A program made the translations under genes and the position numbers. The notes below the pieces were generated by a model. The model was not told the origin of the DNA. It ran no database searches and worked only from the letters and a program-made list of their open reading frames with translations. A stretch of DNA of 64,000 bases from Planctomycetota bacterium (GTDB lineage: Bacteria; Planctomycetota; UBA1135), in the NCBI GenBank assembly GCA_021776925.1, contig JAJFFB010000043.1, forward strand, positions 38,630 to 102,629, read 5' to 3'. Positions 53,281 through 62,610 of this stretch are shown here, in pieces; the stretch's first letter is position 1, and the number at the start of each line of letters is the position of its first letter.

Positions 53281-54309
53281 ATGGATCCACGCGCCACCCG
53301 CTACGCACGCCAGAGCCGTCTGCCGGAAATCGGCGCGGCCGGCCAACAACGCCTGGCCGGCGCCTGCGCTGCCGTGGTGGGCCTGGGGGCCCTGGGTTCG
53401 GTCGGTGCCGACCTGTTGGCACGCGCTGGCGTTGGCCGCCTGATCCTGATCGACCGCGATGTGGTCGAGACCAGCAACCTGCAGCGCCAGACCCTGTACG
53501 ACGAAACCGACGCCGACGCGGCGCGCCCCAAGGCCCACGCCGCCGCCGCGCGCCTCGGCGCGGTCAACCGCGACATCCGTATCGATTGTCACGCCAGCGA
53601 CCTCACCGCCGACAATCTCACCGCCTTGCTGCAGGGAGCCGACCTGCTTCTCGACGGCACCGACAACTTTTCTACCCGTTACCTGCTCAATGATTTTGCG
53701 GTCGAGCATCAGCTGCCCTACGTCTACGCCGGAGTGGTCGGAACCTACGGCATGATCGGCGCGATCTTGCCACCTGACGGACCCTGCCTGCGCTGCACCT
53801 ATCCGGAAGCACCCGATGCGGCTCACACCCCGACCTGCCGCAGCGCTGGCGTGCTCGGGCCGGCGGTGGCAGTGGTCGCCGGCTGGGCGGCCGCCGAAGC
53901 ACTGAAGATTCTCGCCGGCCACGCTGACCAGGCCTTGCGCGGTTTTTTGTTCCTCGACTGTTGGCACCATGAGTGGCGACGCCTGCTCGCCGAGCGCGAC
54001 CCCGAATGCCCCTGCTGCGGCGCCGGCGAACGCCCGTGGCTGCAAGGGCAGCGCGGCAGCCGCGGCGCAGTGGCGATGTGCGGAGGCGACGCGGTGCAGG
54101 TCCCGGCCAGCGGCCGGGCACCCGATCTAGACCTGCTGCAGCGCAAACTCGACGGCACCGTCGACAGCCTGCAGGGCGGTGTCGGCTTCCTGCGCTTCGC
54201 CAGCCAGGGACTCGACGTGGTGGTCTTTGCCGACGGACGCGCGCTGGTGCGCGGCACCGAAGATCCGGCCCGCGCACGCGCGCTACTGGCCGAAACCGTG
54301 GGCGCCTGA
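53281..54309 (+). CDS. ThiF/MoeB-family E1-like adenylyltransferase (Bacillus-type MoeB architecture)
   Basis: Start ATG 53281; the track start at 53107 reads through the two tRNAs. RYARQSRLPEIGAAGQQRL, GLGALGSVGADLLARAGVG, DRDVVETSNLQRQ, CxxC pairs (CLRC, CPCC). C-terminal domain ends VVVFADGRALVRGTEDPARARALL. Confidence 0.85.
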   Translation: MDPRATRYARQSRLPEIGAAGQQRLAGACAAVVGLGALGSVGADLLARAGVGRLILIDRDVVETSNLQRQTLYDETDADAARPKAHAAAARLGAVNRDIRIDCHASDLTADNLTALLQGADLLLDGTDNFSTRYLLNDFAVEHQLPYVYAGVVGTYGMIGAILPPDGPCLRCTYPEAPDAAHTPTCRSAGVLGPAVAVVAGWAAAEALKILAGHADQALRGFLFLDCWHHEWRRLLAERDPECPCCGAGERPWLQGQRGSRGAVAMCGGDAVQVPASGRAPDLDLLQRKLDGTVDSLQGGVGFLRFASQGLDVVVFADGRALVRGTEDPARARALLAETVGA

Positions 54310-54438
54310 ATCCGCTGCCCGCCGAAACCGGGGGCGCTTGAATCCGCTTCGAGGCGTGTTCGGTTGCGCAGGCAGGCTCAAGCAGGCTGGCCACGCCGCA
54401 GCGGTGACGAAGTGCGCGCGGGCGTAGCATGAAGGGTC

Positions 54439-55575
54439 ATGAGTGCGTTGCTCAACTGGAACCGTGCGGCTACCTGCGCAGACCCTGCGCCAGGGGTCCA
54501 GGAAGCCATGATCGAAGGACTGCACGCGGTCGACGGCACCCGCAGTGCGCAGCCCAGCAACGACGACCGTGTCTTCGCGGTGCGCCAGCAGGCCGCACAG
54601 ATGTTCGCATTCCCCTGGCCCGACCGCGTCATCCTGACCTCGGGCGCCACCTACGCACTCAATCAGGCGGTCGCCGCGATCGAAGCCGACGCGCGCGTGC
54701 TGACCACCGACCTGGAACACAACTCCTTATTGCGCTGCCTGCACCATGCCGCTCCGCGGCGTGGCTTCCAGCTCGATCTGCTGCCCTTCGACAACGCCGG
54801 CTTCCTCGATCTTGGCGCGCTCGAAACCGCTCTGCAGGCGCAGGCCGTGGACTGGCTCGCCCTCGGCACCGCCAGCAATCTGCTCGGCACCTTGCAACCC
54901 TACGCCGAAGCCTGCGCGCTGGCTCACCGCCACGGCGCGCGCGTCATCCTCGACGCCAGCCAGGGTGCCGGTCAGGTGCCGATCGACCTCGGTGCGGTGG
55001 GCGCCAGCTATGCGGCGATGCCGGCGCACAAGGGCCTGCACGGCCCGCGCGGCATCGGCCTGCTTTTTGTAGGTCCCGACGAAGATCCCACGCCCTTGGT
55101 CCAAGGAGGCACCGGCACCCAGGGCGAACAAATGCAAATGCCCACCCAGCTGCCGACCGGCCTGGAAGCGGGCACCAGCAACTTTCCTGGTATCTTCGGC
55201 CTCGGCGCCGCGCTGGCGTGGCGCGCCCGGCACCCAGAAGACCTGTCTTTGGTGCGCGCCGGACTGGCCGATCTGGAACTCCACCTACGCGGCCTGCCCG
55301 ACCTCGACGTCTACCCGACCGCTCCCGCGCCCTGGGAACGGCGCCTCGGCATCCTCGCCTTCCGCTCGCGCAGCGTGCCTGCCTCCACCCTGGCTACGCT
55401 GCTCTCCGCGCAGGGTTTGCTGGTGCGCTCCGGACTGATGTGCGCAGCGCGCGTCGCCCCGCAACTCGGCTCGCCCGAGGGCGTGGTGCGCCTCAGCCCG
55501 CCCGCCGCAACGACGTCGGCCGAATTCGCTCGCGGGCGCGCGTTGCTTAACTCAGCCCTGGCCGCCCTGGCCTGA
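54439..55575 (+). CDS. class V aminotransferase-fold enzyme, cysteine desulfurase-like
   Basis: 378 aa. PLP Lys in AMPAHKGLHGPRGIGLL. Candidate active-site Cys in LLVRSGLMCAARV. TTDLEHNS. Confidence 0.8.
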   Translation: MSALLNWNRAATCADPAPGVQEAMIEGLHAVDGTRSAQPSNDDRVFAVRQQAAQMFAFPWPDRVILTSGATYALNQAVAAIEADARVLTTDLEHNSLLRCLHHAAPRRGFQLDLLPFDNAGFLDLGALETALQAQAVDWLALGTASNLLGTLQPYAEACALAHRHGARVILDASQGAGQVPIDLGAVGASYAAMPAHKGLHGPRGIGLLFVGPDEDPTPLVQGGTGTQGEQMQMPTQLPTGLEAGTSNFPGIFGLGAALAWRARHPEDLSLVRAGLADLELHLRGLPDLDVYPTAPAPWERRLGILAFRSRSVPASTLATLLSAQGLLVRSGLMCAARVAPQLGSPEGVVRLSPPAATTSAEFARGRALLNSALAALA

Positions 55576-55580
55576 GCAGG

Positions 55581-56195
55581 ATGCGCAGCGATCGTGTCAC
55601 CGCGGTGATCCTCGGCGCCGGACTCGGTCGTCGCCTGGGTTATCCCAAGGCAGCGCTGCGCCTGGCCGATCGCTGGGTTCTTCCCGACCTGGTGCGCAAT
55701 CTGCGCCTCGGGGGTGCGTCCCGCGTGGTGCTGGTCCTGAGCCCCCCCGCCCTCGATGCGATCGCCGATCTCGGCCACCCGGGCGCCGACCTCGAGGTCT
55801 CCAATCCTGACCCAGACGCCGGCCGCAGCGTTTCTTTGCAACTCGGTCTCGCAGCCGCTGACGCAGGCGCAGCGCTGCTGGTCCACCCTTGCGACGTGCC
55901 CATGCTGTGCGCCAGCACCGTTCATCACCTGATCCACAGTTGGCGCTGCAGCCATCCTGCTGCGCTGCTGGCCCGTCCGGTAACCGCCGGCGGCCGCGGC
56001 GGCCACCCGTTGCTGATTGCGCCTGAACTGCGCGACGAGGTCGCCGCTCTCGGCGCCGACGAACCGCTGCGCGCCTTGCTGCAACGCCACCCGGAGCGCT
56101 TGCTCAACGTTGTTTGCGCCGACGACCCCGGCCCTTTTCTCAACGTCAATACCTTGGACCAGCTGCGACTGGTCGAATCCCTGCTGGCACCATGA
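55581..56195 (+). CDS. MobA/MocA-like nucleotidyltransferase (molybdenum cofactor cytidylyl/guanylyl-transferase family)
   Basis: 204 aa. N-terminal AVILGAGLGRRLGYPKA nucleotide-binding loop and LLVHPCDVPML. Confidence 0.78.
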   Translation: MRSDRVTAVILGAGLGRRLGYPKAALRLADRWVLPDLVRNLRLGGASRVVLVLSPPALDAIADLGHPGADLEVSNPDPDAGRSVSLQLGLAAADAGAALLVHPCDVPMLCASTVHHLIHSWRCSHPAALLARPVTAGGRGGHPLLIAPELRDEVAALGADEPLRALLQRHPERLLNVVCADDPGPFLNVNTLDQLRLVESLLAP

Positions 56196-59047
56196 TTGCT
56201 TCGCTCTTGTTGTTCTTGCTCCAAGGCGCCGCTCTTCCCAACGAAGCGGAAGTGCGGGCGCAGGCCTGGCTGCTCCATCAGACGCCGCCCAGCGCAGAGG
56301 CCTTGCGCGCGCAATGGCACCGCGCCGCCGATCCCGCAGCCCGCGCACTCCTGGCGAAGTCCATCGCCCGCGGTCTGCCCGCCGCGCCGGTGTTGAGCGA
56401 AATCACCCTGGACCTCGCGCAACGGGTACTCGCCGAGACTGCCTCAAATCCCCAACCGGCGGCGCCGGGCGAGGGTGCCGACCAGGCAGCCTTCGGCGAA
56501 GGCGCCGAGCAGGCGGCCCTGCGCGAGTGCCTGGCAGTGGTCACCGCCACCCCCCCCCTGGTCGACATCACGCGTCTGCTGCTCGCCCGTGCATGGTCGG
56601 AGGAGAGCTGCATCGACAGTCTGGTGCGCTGGCAGGTCCTGCCCGAAAGCGCCGACGATCCGCTGGCAACAGCCCTGGCCAGCGCCTTGCAGAGGGGCTG
56701 GCTGCCGGCCCCCGACCAGCCCGATTTGTTTCTTGGATTGTTACGCGGCCACGCCGAGCTACGGGTGCGCTTGCTCGAAGCCCAACTGGGCACCCCGCTC
56801 GACCCTGGGCTGCAAAGCGCGGTGGCGGAGCTTGATTTTGGCGACTGGACGCCGTTCGCCCAGCGCGCGCTGGAAGCCGTGCAACTGGATTCGGACTGGA
56901 GTCTCCCTGGCGCCGTGCGTCGCCTGTGGCGCGACCTGGTCCTGGTCGATTTCGCGCCCGGCCGCGCGCAACTGCTGCAGGAGGTGTTCCTGCGCCACTA
57001 TCCGTGGCTGCCGCCGCAAGAGGTCGACGCCATCTGGCCGCAAGCCGATCCCGCCGGACAGCGGCGGGCCATGGTCCTGCTGTCGCAGATGGCCCCCGCC
57101 TGGGGCTACGACCATCTGTTGCGCTACGCCCTCGACCCGCAGACCGCGGTCGAAACCCGTGCCGCCCTGATTGGCGCCCTGCTGCGCGGGGGCGGTCCGG
57201 AAGCACCTCAGGATCTGCGCCACCTGCTGGCTCCCTCCTCGCCACGCGCCTTGTTGCGCGCTTTGCTCAACGGCTTGCGCTGGAACCTGCCGGCTGACCT
57301 TGAAGACGACCTGGTTGCCTTGCTGCCGCGCCTGCGCACCGAGGAAGCAGTGATCGCGGTGGAATTGCTGGTCCGCATCTGCAGCAAAGAAACCCGCCTT
57401 CAGTGGCTGAGCAAACTGGCTCCGCTGCCGGCCGCCGCTCGCCGCCAGATTCTGCTGACCGCCTGGTACAGCCACCAGGAAGAAGAACAGGTCGCACTCT
57501 TTGAACAATTGGCGCTTTCGGCGCGGCCGCAGGACCGCGAACTGGGGCGCATCGGTCTGCAGGCCGCGTGGGACCAGGAACGCGTGGCTGAGTTTTTTGC
57601 CGCACAGCTCGAACTTGCCGAAGAACGCGCCCAGGTCGTACAGCTTGAGCAGTTGCGCGAACTGCGCAGCGACGCCGCGCTGGATGTCCTGCTCCGTTGG
57701 CTGGGCAGTGAAGCCGGATGGCAACATCCGCAGGCGTCGTCTTATGCCTCCTTGCTGGTGGAAGAGGAGTCCGCCGAGGCCACATTCCTGCGTTGGTGGG
57801 GTCTTGGCGACAGCCTGCCACTGGCGCAGCGTGATTGGGCCGCAAGTAATTTGGCGCCCACCCACGCCAGCGCCCGCGCCCATTTGCTGGCCCGCTTCCC
57901 CGAAGTCAGCAGCCGCACCCAAGGCATGTTTCTGAGCCGCATGGAAGCAGGCTCTGGGCCGGCCGATTACCCCTTCTGGCTCGAGGTCTTGCGCAACCCC
58001 GACCTCGACGACTACGTGCGCCGCCTGGCCGCGCACCTGCTACACCGCAACCTGCCGCACACCGGCGCCGAATGCCTCGAGGCGCTGCAGTCCTTGCGCC
58101 AGCGCAGCCAGGATGCCGGCGCCGCTGCCGAAACCATGGTGATCTGGTCGGTGCTGCTGCGCGGTCTCGCGGTCCACGCCCACGGCGAAATCCTGCAGGC
58201 CGCGCAGGAGCTGGTCGACGCCCGTCCGCAGGAAGATGCCTGGCAGCTGCGCCGCACCTGGATGGTCGGTCTGCTTGAGCGTGAACCGCAGGACCAGCTG
58301 CATGACGCGCTGGCCGAAGTTCGCAGTGCCCTCACCGACCCACAGTTGGGCGAGCTGGATCCCTTGTCCCGACCACAGCCCCAAGAGCAGACCGCCCACG
58401 CTGGCGCAAGCGCGCTGTGGATGCAACTGCTCAACCGTGCCGAATGGAGCGAGGCGCAGGATCGCGAATTCGCCGCCTGGTTGCACGCCGGCGGCGCCGC
58501 GCACCATCCCGACCTCCTGCACCTCTTGCACGCGGCGCTGCCGCCCAGTGCTGCGCTGACCCGGGCAGGCGCCGAAGACATCCTGCGCGCGACTGAAGCT
58601 CCCTCTTCATTCCGCCGGCCACGCGAGCTGCCGTCGCACCCCGCCCGTCCCTTGCATCTGCAGACGCGCAGCGCCGACTTCTTCCTGGAAGTGCGCGCGC
58701 GGTTTGACCGCGGTGAGCTGGATGCTCTCGGAGCAGCCTTGGCCGCGGCGCGCAAACGCTGGCCCGGTGACCGCCGCAGCCATCTGTGGAGTGGTTGGGC
58801 CGCTCTCGCCGAACAGCACTGGGCCGAAGCCACCCTGGCCTTCGCCAACGCGCGCCATTTGTCCGGTGTGCAGCCTTATCCGACCCTTGAGCCACGCCTC
58901 GGCCAGCACTGCGTGGCCGCGCTGGAAAGCGGGGATCTGACCTCGCTTCAGGAGTTCCTGGAGCACGAGGCGCAGGCTGCGGCGCTGCTGCGCGGTCGCA
59001 CCGTCAACGGACTGTTCGCGCAGTTGGCCGCGCTGGTCAAGGAGTGA
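56192..59047 (+). CDS. large Leu/Ala-rich helical-repeat (HEAT/ARM-like) protein with N-terminal hydrophobic segment
   Basis: Start ATG 56192 overlaps the mocA-like stop (ATGA). 951 aa, N-terminus MIASLLLFLLQGAALP. Repetitive helical composition with no catalytic motif recognised. Confidence 0.7.
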   Translation: MIASLLLFLLQGAALPNEAEVRAQAWLLHQTPPSAEALRAQWHRAADPAARALLAKSIARGLPAAPVLSEITLDLAQRVLAETASNPQPAAPGEGADQAAFGEGAEQAALRECLAVVTATPPLVDITRLLLARAWSEESCIDSLVRWQVLPESADDPLATALASALQRGWLPAPDQPDLFLGLLRGHAELRVRLLEAQLGTPLDPGLQSAVAELDFGDWTPFAQRALEAVQLDSDWSLPGAVRRLWRDLVLVDFAPGRAQLLQEVFLRHYPWLPPQEVDAIWPQADPAGQRRAMVLLSQMAPAWGYDHLLRYALDPQTAVETRAALIGALLRGGGPEAPQDLRHLLAPSSPRALLRALLNGLRWNLPADLEDDLVALLPRLRTEEAVIAVELLVRICSKETRLQWLSKLAPLPAAARRQILLTAWYSHQEEEQVALFEQLALSARPQDRELGRIGLQAAWDQERVAEFFAAQLELAEERAQVVQLEQLRELRSDAALDVLLRWLGSEAGWQHPQASSYASLLVEEESAEATFLRWWGLGDSLPLAQRDWAASNLAPTHASARAHLLARFPEVSSRTQGMFLSRMEAGSGPADYPFWLEVLRNPDLDDYVRRLAAHLLHRNLPHTGAECLEALQSLRQRSQDAGAAAETMVIWSVLLRGLAVHAHGEILQAAQELVDARPQEDAWQLRRTWMVGLLEREPQDQLHDALAEVRSALTDPQLGELDPLSRPQPQEQTAHAGASALWMQLLNRAEWSEAQDREFAAWLHAGGAAHHPDLLHLLHAALPPSAALTRAGAEDILRATEAPSSFRRPRELPSHPARPLHLQTRSADFFLEVRARFDRGELDALGAALAAARKRWPGDRRSHLWSGWAALAEQHWAEATLAFANARHLSGVQPYPTLEPRLGQHCVAALESGDLTSLQEFLEHEAQAAALLRGRTVNGLFAQLAALVKE

Positions 59048-59064
59048 GGCGTGGTCCGCTGGGG

Positions 59065-60450
59065 TCACTGAATGATTTCCATGACCGCGTTGGAGAAGAA
59101 CCCCTTGTTCCTCTGTACCTCCAGCACCTGCACCCATACAGGTGAGCCAGACATCCATGCAGGCACGTGCAACAGCGCCTGCACCTCCCCGTTGGCGTCG
59201 GCAAGCAGATTGACCTTTCGATAGGGCGACCCGACCTGGGCGTCGCCGTAGGGCGTGCTGGTCGGCCCCGGACCGACCAGGGAAAAGGCCAGCGTAATCG
59301 CCGCATCGGCCTCGGCACCGTACACGCGGACGGTGGTATCGGCGCCCGCGATCAGCGGATCAACCTGCAAACCGAGCTTGGTCAGCGAGAGATCGTCGAT
59401 TCCAATGCCGTCATTGTCAAGGTAGGGATAGTTGTCGGTCTGCGCCAAGGCCAAAAAGAAGGGTCGATTCAAATTTAAACCACTGCTCGACAGATCGAGC
59501 AGAACCTCGTTCCACACCAGGATCTCGGCCCCGCCGTGCAGGCTGCTCCAATTGCCGCCGAGGGCCTGCCAGTTGACGCCGTCCGGACTCAGGTAGACCC
59601 CGTCCCACCCAGGACCGTCTTCCTCTCCGCCGTCCATCACCTGGAAGGCGAGCCAGCGGGTGCCGCCGCCACTGCCGTCGAGGCCCAGGATCAGCGCATT
59701 GGAAACGTTGTGGTAGGCAAGGCTGCCAGGGCGCAGGCCCATCTCCAGGTTGAAGGAACCCGAATAGGGCAGCAGGCAGGTCCCGGATTGCCCGATGTTG
59801 CACCACGCTTCGGCGTCGTCCAGTCGGCTGAGATGATCCAGGGCGTTCACCGCCATGTGCGACGGCACGCTGCCGGCGATGGAGTCAAAGGATTCGAAGT
59901 AGCCCAGCGCTGGAGTAAAGGTGGAGGGCAGGTGTGGGAAAGGGGCCGCAGAAGGCGGCGCCTGGTCGTCGACCACCACCCGGTCCAGCCCCCATTCGTT
60001 GGCGAAGTCCCCGCTGTAGTGGAAGGCCACACTGACGCCGTCGAAGGCCAGCCAGGCGGCCAGGTCCAGGTCGACGTGGCTGGCGCCGTCGCCGCCGCCT
60101 TCGATGTAGACCGGGGTGTAGCTGAGTCCGCCATCGAGGCTGAGCTCGACCGCGTTGAGGTCGCGGTAGTAGGACCAGTATTGGTCCTGGTCGAAATGCA
60201 GCCACACCTCGGAGACTGCCTGTGCAGCGATATCCAGGTCGGGACTGCGCAGATAGGCATCGCTGAATCCGGCAAAATCATCGTGAACCGCACGGCCGCC
60301 GACAGCGTCAGGTTCCCAGCCAATGGTAGCGCCAAGGTTGTCTTCAGCCCAACCGCTCGGCGGCACCACGCCAGTGTCGAAACCTTCGTCGAGCAGGACC
60401 GTCTGGCTCAGCAGCGGCGCCAGGGCGAGGAGCAAGGGGGCGGAAAGCAA
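59065..60450 (-). CDS. secreted tandem beta-sandwich protein with family C-terminal module, paralog P5
   Basis: 461 aa. TTG start sits immediately after an in-frame stop. N-terminus MLSAPLLLALAPLLSQ. Motifs LDEGFDTGVVPPSGW, VDDQAPPSAAPFPHLP, GEEDGPGWDGVYLSPDG, IDDLSL, FSLVGPGPTSTPYG, C-terminus SNAVMEIIQ. Confidence 0.8.
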   Translation of the reverse strand: MLSAPLLLALAPLLSQTVLLDEGFDTGVVPPSGWAEDNLGATIGWEPDAVGGRAVHDDFAGFSDAYLRSPDLDIAAQAVSEVWLHFDQDQYWSYYRDLNAVELSLDGGLSYTPVYIEGGGDGASHVDLDLAAWLAFDGVSVAFHYSGDFANEWGLDRVVVDDQAPPSAAPFPHLPSTFTPALGYFESFDSIAGSVPSHMAVNALDHLSRLDDAEAWCNIGQSGTCLLPYSGSFNLEMGLRPGSLAYHNVSNALILGLDGSGGGTRWLAFQVMDGGEEDGPGWDGVYLSPDGVNWQALGGNWSSLHGGAEILVWNEVLLDLSSSGLNLNRPFFLALAQTDNYPYLDNDGIGIDDLSLTKLGLQVDPLIAGADTTVRVYGAEADAAITLAFSLVGPGPTSTPYGDAQVGSPYRKVNLLADANGEVQALLHVPAWMSGSPVWVQVLEVQRNKGFFSNAVMEIIQ

Positions 60451-60504
60451 ACCTGTTCAGGATCACCAACGGAGATCCAGGGGGAGGTCTTCCAGCCTAG
60501 CAGA

Positions 60505-62610
60505 TCAATCCGGAACCCGAAGCTCCAACGCCTTGCCGCCGGCCACCGCGTCGACCGCTAGCGACAGAACTTCGGCGCCGTTGGCGTAGACCTTGACGAC
60601 AAAAGGACCGGGCTCAAGGCCGGTAACGCGGAAAGCGCCGTCGCCGCTCAACGGCAAGGAGGCCTGAGTGACCCCGTTGCGGTCGAGGACCACCACCAGG
60701 CTGCCGAATAGTCCGCCTTGGGGCGCGGGCAGGTTTTGCACCACGCCCTCGAGCACCGCCGCCGGCTGCAGGTGCACCTCGCCCAGTTCCAGATGGCTGG
60801 CACTGGAAGCGAAGTTGAGCTGCTCAGACTCCCACTCGGCGAAACGCTCGCCGCTGACGCGCAGGTAGTAGTTGCCCTTGCCCAGGCCGGAGACCAGTAA
60901 GGAACCGTCGTCTTCGCTGATCCCCACTTCACGCCAGTCGCTGTCCTTCATCCGCCGCATCGACAGCTCGACCGAAGAGGCTCCGTGGTCGCCCAGGAGC
61001 AGGCGTCCGCGCAGGCTCCCGCTGGGCAGACTCAGGGTCCGTTCGGGATATCCGGCCGACATTTCGTAGTTGCGGAAGGCCGGGAACTCGTTTGGACCAC
61101 CCTGGACCTCGAGGATGTACTCCCCCATCCACGTCGCGGGGAAGCGCAGATCGCCCTGTATGTCGCTCAGGTCCAAGGCTTCGTGGGTCTTGCGCCGTGG
61201 CCCGCTGCCACGGTGCAGGAAGCCGCGCGCACCCACCACCGGCTCACCGTCGCGCACCACGTGCACGGTCAACACCAGGTGCCGGACCAGGACCAGGTCG
61301 AATTCGGCTTCGCGACCTTCCTCGACCTGGACCAGCTGGGAAAAGGCCAGGGTGCCCTTGCCACGCTGCCCGGGTTCGGCGGATTCGAAGAGAATGTGGA
61401 CGCGCGGTCCTGGAATCTGCTCAGGACTGAGGATGTAGCGGCCTGGGGGCACCTGCGGAAACACGGCCACGCCCTCGGAGTCGGCGTGCACGCGGTCCGG
61501 TTGCAGGCCGCGCTTCAGCAAGGGCGTCTCGGCGAGCAGATTGACTTCGGTGCCGGCCAGCGCATGTCCAGCCGCATCGCTGACGCGCACCCGCACGCTG
61601 CTGTTGCGCACCATCGACCACTGCATTTCCAGGGTCTCGGCGCCGACGCCGAAATCGACCGCCAGGTCGGCAAAGCCCTCCTTGCTGAGGAAGCCGGTCC
61701 AGTCGCCCGCGCCGAGACCGAAGGCTTTGAGGCTGCCGTCGGCGTGGCTGGCGACGCTCAGACCCTGGCCGCGTTCGCCAAAGCGCTGCACCTGCAGCAA
61801 AGCGCCGGCAACCGGCCGTCCGCCGCGGTCCGTGACCTGGGCTTTGAGCGCCAGCCGCCCGTTCAGCTGCAGGACCAGGGCTGGCGGATCGCGCGAAACT
61901 TCAATGCCGCTACGCTCCAATTCGATGCCGGCGGCGGAACGCACGCGCACCGAATACTGTCCTGGGCCCGGCAGTGCGGCGGAAAAGGTGCCATCGGCGC
62001 GGACCACCGCATCGACCGGAAGTCCGTCGGTGGTGCCGCGCGGATCAAAGAAGCGCAGCGTGCCGCCCGCCGCCGGCCCGCCCTCGGGGTCGAGAACCTG
62101 ACCTCGTTGTTCGACCAAGGGCTGCAGGCGGAACACCACCCGTTGTCCGACGGTCAGGCCGGTCTTGCGCAGCGGGGCATATCCAGGCGCGGCGGCAACG
62201 TAGGTGCCCCCGCCACCAGCGAGGTGGATGCGGAAGCTGCCGTTGGGGGAAACCGGCTCGCCGACCAATTGGACCGATTGCCAGGTCATGCCGAATTGTT
62301 CGCCGCCGAGTTGGCGCCGGGTGCTGGCCACGCGGGCGAACTCCAGGCCATTGCCCTTTTCATCGACCACCAGACCTACCAGGGCCATGGGGTCGAGGGC
62401 GATTTCTTCCACCGGCGGGGCGGCCACGCGGCCTGGTGGATTTCCGGCCCGCACCGGGTCCCCTTGCACCTCTTCGGCTTCCGGCTCATCGCCATTGCCA
62501 CCCACCACCGGGTCGACCTGGATTTCCGGATCCTTGCTGAACAGCACCATGGCGACGGCCACGACTGCCAACAGCAGGGCGCCACCAGCCAGCGCGACAA
62601 CTCGGTTCAT
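60505..62610 (-). CDS. N-terminally anchored protein with multiple carboxypeptidase-regulatory-like beta-sandwich repeats
   Basis: Start ATG 62610 overlaps the upstream stop (ATGA). 701 aa. TM VVALAGGALLLAVVAVAMVLF followed by a Pro/Glu linker. Repeated ~80-100-aa units have the pattern G.V.D..G.P.AGA.V.........ADG.F....L..G.Y. Confidence 0.75.
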   Translation of the reverse strand: MNRVVALAGGALLLAVVAVAMVLFSKDPEIQVDPVVGGNGDEPEAEEVQGDPVRAGNPPGRVAAPPVEEIALDPMALVGLVVDEKGNGLEFARVASTRRQLGGEQFGMTWQSVQLVGEPVSPNGSFRIHLAGGGGTYVAAAPGYAPLRKTGLTVGQRVVFRLQPLVEQRGQVLDPEGGPAAGGTLRFFDPRGTTDGLPVDAVVRADGTFSAALPGPGQYSVRVRSAAGIELERSGIEVSRDPPALVLQLNGRLALKAQVTDRGGRPVAGALLQVQRFGERGQGLSVASHADGSLKAFGLGAGDWTGFLSKEGFADLAVDFGVGAETLEMQWSMVRNSSVRVRVSDAAGHALAGTEVNLLAETPLLKRGLQPDRVHADSEGVAVFPQVPPGRYILSPEQIPGPRVHILFESAEPGQRGKGTLAFSQLVQVEEGREAEFDLVLVRHLVLTVHVVRDGEPVVGARGFLHRGSGPRRKTHEALDLSDIQGDLRFPATWMGEYILEVQGGPNEFPAFRNYEMSAGYPERTLSLPSGSLRGRLLLGDHGASSVELSMRRMKDSDWREVGISEDDGSLLVSGLGKGNYYLRVSGERFAEWESEQLNFASSASHLELGEVHLQPAAVLEGVVQNLPAPQGGLFGSLVVVLDRNGVTQASLPLSGDGAFRVTGLEPGPFVVKVYANGAEVLSLAVDAVAGGKALELRVPD

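Noticed and set aside
54301-54348. 16-nt direct repeat GGCGC(C/T)TGAATCCGCT at 54301-54316 and 54333-54348, overlapping the moeB-like stop codon.
   Set aside because: It is too short and isolated to interpret. It could be a small duplication; no hairpin or known operator pattern is present.
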